This document shows positions 58,936-64,000 of a stretch of DNA of 64,000 nt, piece by piece; the stretch's first letter is position 1; every line of letters begins with the position of its first letter. This DNA comes from Nitrosopumilus sp. GTDB taxonomy: Archaea; Thermoproteota; Nitrososphaeria; Nitrososphaerales; Nitrosopumilaceae. A program made the position numbers and the translations under genes. The stretch spans positions 1,376,001-1,440,000 of the forward strand of contig OZ242041.1 of assembly GCA_965205215.1 (NCBI GenBank), read 5' to 3'. The notes under the pieces are model-generated. The model ran no database searches and was not told where the DNA came from. It worked only from the letters and a program-made list of their open reading frames with translations.

Positions 58936-60141
58936 ATGACACACGACGACACCGAGATCATCGGGAAGTCCGTCAAGGACATCTACGGCTCATACATGGG
59001 CAAGATAGTCGGCACGATAACTGAGATTGATGGTTCAATCCAGTCCGTCGGCGTCGACTGCGGCTCCAATGGACTGCAGATGATCCCCGACGAACACCTG
59101 GTGGTTCAGGGCGACGTAGTCATCTTCATACCAAAATGGCGGCTTGACTCGCAGAGGCTGATTCGGGAGAACCAGCTGACGCTGCGCCGCCTGAGGGCAA
59201 TGGTCGAGATCGTGGCCGGAAACGACGAGATGCGCGTGGATGCGGAGATCCTAGAGGAGAGATACCGCACCAAGCTCGACTCACTCCAGAAGATGATGGC
59301 TGAACTCAAGGCAACCTTGGATGCAAGGCTTGCCGAGCTTGAGGATCAGTCACGATCTGCCAAGATGCTCTTCTTTGATGCAAAGATCCAGTACAAGAGC
59401 AGCGAGATCCCAGAGTCGACGTTCGAGTCCGTAAGGATGGCAACAGGCGGCCTGATAGAGAACGCGTCTCACGAGACTGCAGAGATCAGCAACATCAAGG
59501 AGCGGATCCGCGGACTGGAGACTGAGATACGCGAGGTCAACGATCTTGTAAGAAGCGGAGAGGGAATCACTGCAGGGGATGCGGCGCAGCCGCATGCCGA
59601 GCAGCTGGCAGTATCCTCCGAGCCGATGCAGGCAGTTCTGCCCGAGACGCCGAGGGGCGACTTTGCAGAACACGCGACCGTGCCGGATGAAGTGGCTATA
59701 GGCGCCGCGACAGCAGCTACGACGACGCCGCCGTCGTCGGAGGTAACAGGAATGGTATCTCCGGACGGCGCACAGGGGGCTTTGACACAGGCAGCAGGGT
59801 CCCCCGACGAGGAGCAACCCTCTTCACCCGGGACGTCCAGCATACCGGATGCCTTCTCCAGCGCGAACCTAAACGCAGGCGCCGCCGCGGCTGCAGGCGC
59901 GGATGGGGCGACCACGATGCCGGGCCTGAACGTGCCAAGAGAGGATGTTGCGGCCCCCTCGCCAGCAGAGGCAGAGGCCGCCGACTCCCCGTATGCGCCA
60001 GGACCGGGAGCCCCGGAACCCGAACCCCCCGCTAGCGCGGAGTTTGCGTTTCCGGAACCCCCGCGCAACACGGCGGTTCGGGACACCCAGACGTCTCCAA
60101 AGAACGACGACGACTGGCTGTCGCGCATGGAGTCCCAGTAA
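58936..60141 (+). CDS. cdvA: Cell division protein CdvA
   Basis: IGKSVKDIYG...G PRC-barrel, IPKW, long coiled coil, Pro/Ala/Glu-rich tail ending DWLSRM. Confidence 0.85.
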   Translation: MTHDDTEIIGKSVKDIYGSYMGKIVGTITEIDGSIQSVGVDCGSNGLQMIPDEHLVVQGDVVIFIPKWRLDSQRLIRENQLTLRRLRAMVEIVAGNDEMRVDAEILEERYRTKLDSLQKMMAELKATLDARLAELEDQSRSAKMLFFDAKIQYKSSEIPESTFESVRMATGGLIENASHETAEISNIKERIRGLETEIREVNDLVRSGEGITAGDAAQPHAEQLAVSSEPMQAVLPETPRGDFAEHATVPDEVAIGAATAATTTPPSSEVTGMVSPDGAQGALTQAAGSPDEEQPSSPGTSSIPDAFSSANLNAGAAAAAGADGATTMPGLNVPREDVAAPSPAEAEAADSPYAPGPGAPEPEPPASAEFAFPEPPRNTAVRDTQTSPKNDDDWLSRMESQ

Positions 60142-60154
60142 CCACTGCCACCTC

Positions 60155-60162
60155 TTTTTTTT
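60155..60162 (+). terminator. Oligo-T tract after cdvA
   Basis: T8 run 13 nt after the stop; could also serve as the TATA region of acs. Confidence 0.4.
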
Positions 60163-60174
60163 AACATTTAGATA

Positions 60175-62172
60175 ATGTGGGCGCATACAGAGCGCATGTC
60201 GGATGCCGGCAGCGGCGGCAGCAGCAGCAGCATTGAACACGGGGGCGACTCCGGCGAGGCCGGGGCGGCCGGTCGCGACGGGCGCGGCCTCAGGGAGTCG
60301 GCCGAGGCCGACCCCGAATCGTTCTGGGCGCGGCAGGCCGAGGAGGGACTGGAGTGGTTCAAGCCGTTTGACGTGACCCTGGAGTGGGACCATCCGTTTG
60401 CAAGGTGGTTCGTGGGAGGCACCACGAACGCCTGCTACAACGCGGTGGACAGGCATCAGCAGGAGCGCGCCGACAAGCCGGCCATAATATGGGAGGCCGA
60501 GGACGGGAACCAGAGGCGCACGATATCATACGGCGATCTGTTCGCGGACGTGCAGCGCTTTGCAAACGTCCTGAAGTCGCTTAGCGTCCGGAGCGGCGAC
60601 CGCGTCACCATATGCCTGCCGATGGTTCCCGAGCTCGCAGTCGCGATGCTCGCGTGCGCCAGGATCGGGGCCGTGCACACCGTGATATTCTCCGGGTTTA
60701 GCGCCGCGTCCATCAGGGAGCGCGTCTCTGACTCGGGCTCCAAGATAGTCATCACGGCCGACGGCGGGTACAGGCGCGGGCGCAGAGTAGAGCTCAAGAA
60801 AACGGTAGACGAGGCCCTGTCCGGGCTTGACTCGGTCAGACACGTGGTGGTGCTGCAAAGAACGCGGCACGATATTGCAATGTCGGGGACGCGCGACAAG
60901 TTCTGGGACGACCTGGTGGCCGCGGCGCCCGACGCCTGCCCCGCCGTGCCACTTGAGAGCTCCCACCCGCTGTTCATACTGTACACGTCGGGGACCACGG
61001 GCAAGCCCAAGGGGGTGTTACACGGGACGGGCGGGTACCTGACGCACGTGCACAGCACGTTCGGGTGGGCATTCGGGGCCGGCGACGACGACGTGTACTT
61101 TTGCACCGCCGACATAGGATGGGTGACGGGGCACAGCTACGTGGTGTACGGCCCGCTGATGCACGGGATTACGTCCGTGATGTATGAGGGGGCGCCCGAC
61201 CATCCGGGGCCGTCCCGGATGTGGCAGCTGATACGGGATCATAATGTAACCATATTTTACACGACGCCGACCCTGCTGAGGATGCTGATGCGGTTTGACG
61301 GCCCGGGGGAGGACGGCGGCCGGCACGGGGGCCCGTCCGGGCTTGACACCCTGCGGCTGCTCGGCACCGTGGGGGAGCCGATAAACCCCGAGGTGTGGAG
61401 GTGGTACCATGACAGGGTGGGCCAGGGGCGCTGCCCGGTCATAGACACTTGGTGGCAGACTGAGACCGGCGGGATGCTGATATCGCCGCTGCCTGCAATC
61501 GAGGATGCGATCCCAAAGCCCGGCTCGGCCGCGAGGCCGGTTCCCGGCGTCGAGATAGACGTGCTTGACGACGAGGGAAACCCGATCCCCATAGGCACGA
61601 AGGGGCAGCTCGTGGTGAGAAAGCCCTGGCCGGGCATGCTGATGACGTTGTGGGGCGATGACGCCCGCTACAGGGAGGCGTACTGGAAGAGGTACCCGGG
61701 GCTGTACCACCCCGGGGACTATGCGCGCATAGACGAGGACGGGTACGTGTGGCTGCTGGGCAGGGCCGACGACGTACTAAAGGTGGCCGGCCACCGGATC
61801 GGAACCGCCGAGCTGGAGGGATGCGTGGTCTCCCATGACGCGGTGGCCGAGTCCGCTGTATGCGGGGTCCCCGACGAGGTAAAGGGCCAGTCCATAGTGG
61901 TCTTTGCGGTCCCGAGGAGCGGTATACCTGAGGCTGGCCACGGCCGCCTCGCGTCTGAGATTGCAAAAAAGATACGCGGCGAGGTGGGCTCGATTGCAAC
62001 CCCGGGCGCCGTATACGTGGTGCCGCGGCTGCCAAAGACCCGGAGCGGCAAGATAATGCGGAGGCTCCTAAAGTCGCTTGCAGTCGGCGGCGAGGTCGGC
62101 GACACCAGCACGCTTGAGGACGCCGACGTGATAGAAGAGATAAGGCGGTTGCTGTCGTCGCAAAAACCCTGA
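60175..62172 (+). CDS. acs: AMP-forming acetyl-CoA synthetase family ligase (start may be 60196)
   Basis: YTSGTTGKPKG, ADIGWVTGH, VGEPIN, DTWWQTETG, PKTRSGK. Confidence 0.93.
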   Translation: MWAHTERMSDAGSGGSSSSIEHGGDSGEAGAAGRDGRGLRESAEADPESFWARQAEEGLEWFKPFDVTLEWDHPFARWFVGGTTNACYNAVDRHQQERADKPAIIWEAEDGNQRRTISYGDLFADVQRFANVLKSLSVRSGDRVTICLPMVPELAVAMLACARIGAVHTVIFSGFSAASIRERVSDSGSKIVITADGGYRRGRRVELKKTVDEALSGLDSVRHVVVLQRTRHDIAMSGTRDKFWDDLVAAAPDACPAVPLESSHPLFILYTSGTTGKPKGVLHGTGGYLTHVHSTFGWAFGAGDDDVYFCTADIGWVTGHSYVVYGPLMHGITSVMYEGAPDHPGPSRMWQLIRDHNVTIFYTTPTLLRMLMRFDGPGEDGGRHGGPSGLDTLRLLGTVGEPINPEVWRWYHDRVGQGRCPVIDTWWQTETGGMLISPLPAIEDAIPKPGSAARPVPGVEIDVLDDEGNPIPIGTKGQLVVRKPWPGMLMTLWGDDARYREAYWKRYPGLYHPGDYARIDEDGYVWLLGRADDVLKVAGHRIGTAELEGCVVSHDAVAESAVCGVPDEVKGQSIVVFAVPRSGIPEAGHGRLASEIAKKIRGEVGSIATPGAVYVVPRLPKTRSGKIMRRLLKSLAVGGEVGDTSTLEDADVIEEIRRLLSSQKP

Positions 62173-62224
62173 GATGTAACTCTTCTGGGCCGTTGCCCCC
62201 GCTACCACTGCCGCTGCCGCCGAC

Positions 62225-62770
62225 TCACGCGGCGTCGTCCACCATGCCTGCCAGGTCGACGCCTGCCAGCATCTCGAACATCTGCCTCAGCCCGTCGTAC
62301 TCGGACTTTGAGGTGTCGTCCATAACCTCGTATTGCTCCCTTCTGATATCCTCGAGGCGCCTGTTGGCGTCCCTTATGAAATCATTGCATGTCTTGATTA
62401 GGGACCTTTTCGCAGCCATCTCCTCAAGGTCAAATATTGCAGTGTTGCTTCCCATCAACACGCCCGTGCGGTCGTAGATGCTCGTGGCCTGGAGCAGCCC
62501 GGGGAACTTGGTGCCGTCCTCCTTGAGGAAAACGATCTTTTGATCCGTGACCTTGCCCGTCTCAAACCACCTAGTCAGCGACTTGGTCATGCCGTCCCAC
62601 GACTCCTTGGGGACGTGCTCAAATACCGTCTTGCCAATTATCTCCGACTTTGCGTACTGGAGCTTTGCGGCATACGTACTGTTGCAGTCGATTATGACCC
62701 CTATCGAGTTTATCCTCCTCCACATGATGGGCGCGTCCTTGAGCGTCCTCCTGGCCTCTGTCTGGATCAT
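62225..62770 (-). CDS. Stand-alone PAS-domain protein with a C-terminal helix
   Basis: GVIIDCN...EIIGK...KEDGTKFP...IYDRTG...FD PAS/PAC pattern. Confidence 0.8.
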   Translation of the reverse strand: MIQTEARRTLKDAPIMWRRINSIGVIIDCNSTYAAKLQYAKSEIIGKTVFEHVPKESWDGMTKSLTRWFETGKVTDQKIVFLKEDGTKFPGLLQATSIYDRTGVLMGSNTAIFDLEEMAAKRSLIKTCNDFIRDANRRLEDIRREQYEVMDDTSKSEYDGLRQMFEMLAGVDLAGMVDDAA

Positions 62771-62943
62771 GCCCTGTGTGCCAGAGCTTTGTAATTAATT
62801 GTTGAGCTGGGGGGGGGGGGGCGGCGTGAGTCCCGCATACCCCCATCGCAGCCGCAAGTCACGCTCGTAACAGTGGCAGCGCCCCCCCCGCATGGCAGCA
62901 GAATCATATGCCGCCGCAGGCGCCGCAACGGGACGATCGCGCG

Positions 62944-63969
62944 TCAGAACCACTTCTCAAGGCTCTGGCCGCGCCTTTCTTGGGCCTTTTCAAGCCTGTG
63001 GAGCGCGGACTGTATCCTCTCCGCGCTAAAGTCCCTTTCCGCTGCCAGATACTCGAGTATGCCGTCGCGGTCAGGCGAGCCGAACTCCAGGGCGTACCCG
63101 TCGGGCACCTTGGGCGCGAGAAATATCCTGCGTATCTCCTCGTACTCCGTCCTGCCCAGCTGCTCCTGTATGGACGGTATGTCCTCCAGCCTCTTGTGCC
63201 TCTTGATCAGCTTTAGCGCGGTCTTCGGGCCGATCCTCTCAAAGCCGCGAGGGTTAAAGTCCGTCCCTACGAGTATCCCGATGTCGACTATCTGTTCGTG
63301 GGTTATGCCCAGCGCGTCGTACACCTTGCGCGCCTCGATTATCTCGGGCACGACGTCGACGTACGTGTTGCTGTTTGGGTTCCTCCTCCTCTTGCCGCTC
63401 GTAAAGTTCCTGACGAGCCGCTTTGCCCCGAACAGCACAGAGTCAAAATCCTGGCTTGCAGACGCAAAGGCGACTCCCGTGCTTGCCATGTGCGCCGAGA
63501 CCGCCTCGCCTTCTGACGGGGCGTCCACGTACGGGATGCCCAGCAGATCCAGCAGCTGCTTTGACTCTTGTATCATCCCGTCCTGAAGTGACGTGGTCTG
63601 CTGCGCAAACTTTCTGGCCTCGGCCATGTCGCCCCTGGATACGGCCTTTTCGTATTTTATGGCCGCGTCCCTCTTCACTTGACGCCTCCTCTCCACCTCC
63701 GCAGACTTGAGGGACGGCGGCTTGCCGTCAAACACGTAGACGGGCTTGACGCCGGTTACAAGAAAGCTGATGTTGCGGTTGAACAGCCCGCTGAGGTGGC
63801 TTGTCACCCTTCCGCTCGAATCTGTCATCTGGGCCCCGTCGACGCCGCGTATGCTCGAGAGGAACTGGTATATTGCGTTGTATGCGTCGATTGCCACGAC
63901 CTTTGAGGCAAAGTATCCTATGTCGGTTCTCTCTCTTGTCGTGATTATGTCCTTTATGTTTACGCCCAT
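62944..63969 (-). CDS. fen: Flap endonuclease 1
   Basis: [46 protein letters not shown]. Confidence 0.97.
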   Translation of the reverse strand: MGVNIKDIITTRERTDIGYFASKVVAIDAYNAIYQFLSSIRGVDGAQMTDSSGRVTSHLSGLFNRNISFLVTGVKPVYVFDGKPPSLKSAEVERRRQVKRDAAIKYEKAVSRGDMAEARKFAQQTTSLQDGMIQESKQLLDLLGIPYVDAPSEGEAVSAHMASTGVAFASASQDFDSVLFGAKRLVRNFTSGKRRRNPNSNTYVDVVPEIIEARKVYDALGITHEQIVDIGILVGTDFNPRGFERIGPKTALKLIKRHKRLEDIPSIQEQLGRTEYEEIRRIFLAPKVPDGYALEFGSPDRDGILEYLAAERDFSAERIQSALHRLEKAQERRGQSLEKWF

Positions 63970-64000
63970 GCCCCGGTTGCAGGCGCGTCGTTATTTTGTG

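Noticed and set aside
58936-60141. cdvA without adjacent cdvB or cdvC
   Set aside because: Dispersed cdv genes are normal in Nitrososphaerota.

Overview
GC-rich archaeal chromosome segment. The gene set (archaeal ThrRS, S26e, TFB, aRF1, FEN-1, CdvA, two PurP-family ligases, ND-AspRS with GatCAB, and many Nitrosopumilaceae-type small hypotheticals) points to a thaumarchaeote (Nitrososphaerota); a Cenarchaeum-like, possibly host-associated lineage is an inference. Most of the window is housekeeping: thrS-speB, pyrG, trpEGDCBA without trpF, ilvD, ilvC, aspS-gatCAB, tRNA-Phe, purP x2, nadM, the methylmalonyl-CoA mutase B12-binding subunit, an M1 aminopeptidase, cdvA, acs and fen. Two visibly more A/T-rich accessory blocks stand out. 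(1) About 15.4-17.2 kb: an IS481-like transposase remnant and a frameshifted surface protein (coiled-coil repeat stalk plus CBM-like head), bracketed by a diverged ~110-bp inverted duplication. (2) About 32.4-34.9 kb: an HTH regulator divergent from cbtB-cbtA cobalt-uptake genes, with a palindromic operator candidate, a uORF, a leader with mutually exclusive RNA hairpins over the cbtB start, and a decayed second cbtA. Other oddities are a one-base frameshift in gatA, a divergent RNase HII, a histone-H1-like repeat protein, several VNTRs, and low-complexity loop insertions in many core enzymes. All family calls come from recognising motifs by eye; no searches or folding programs were run.
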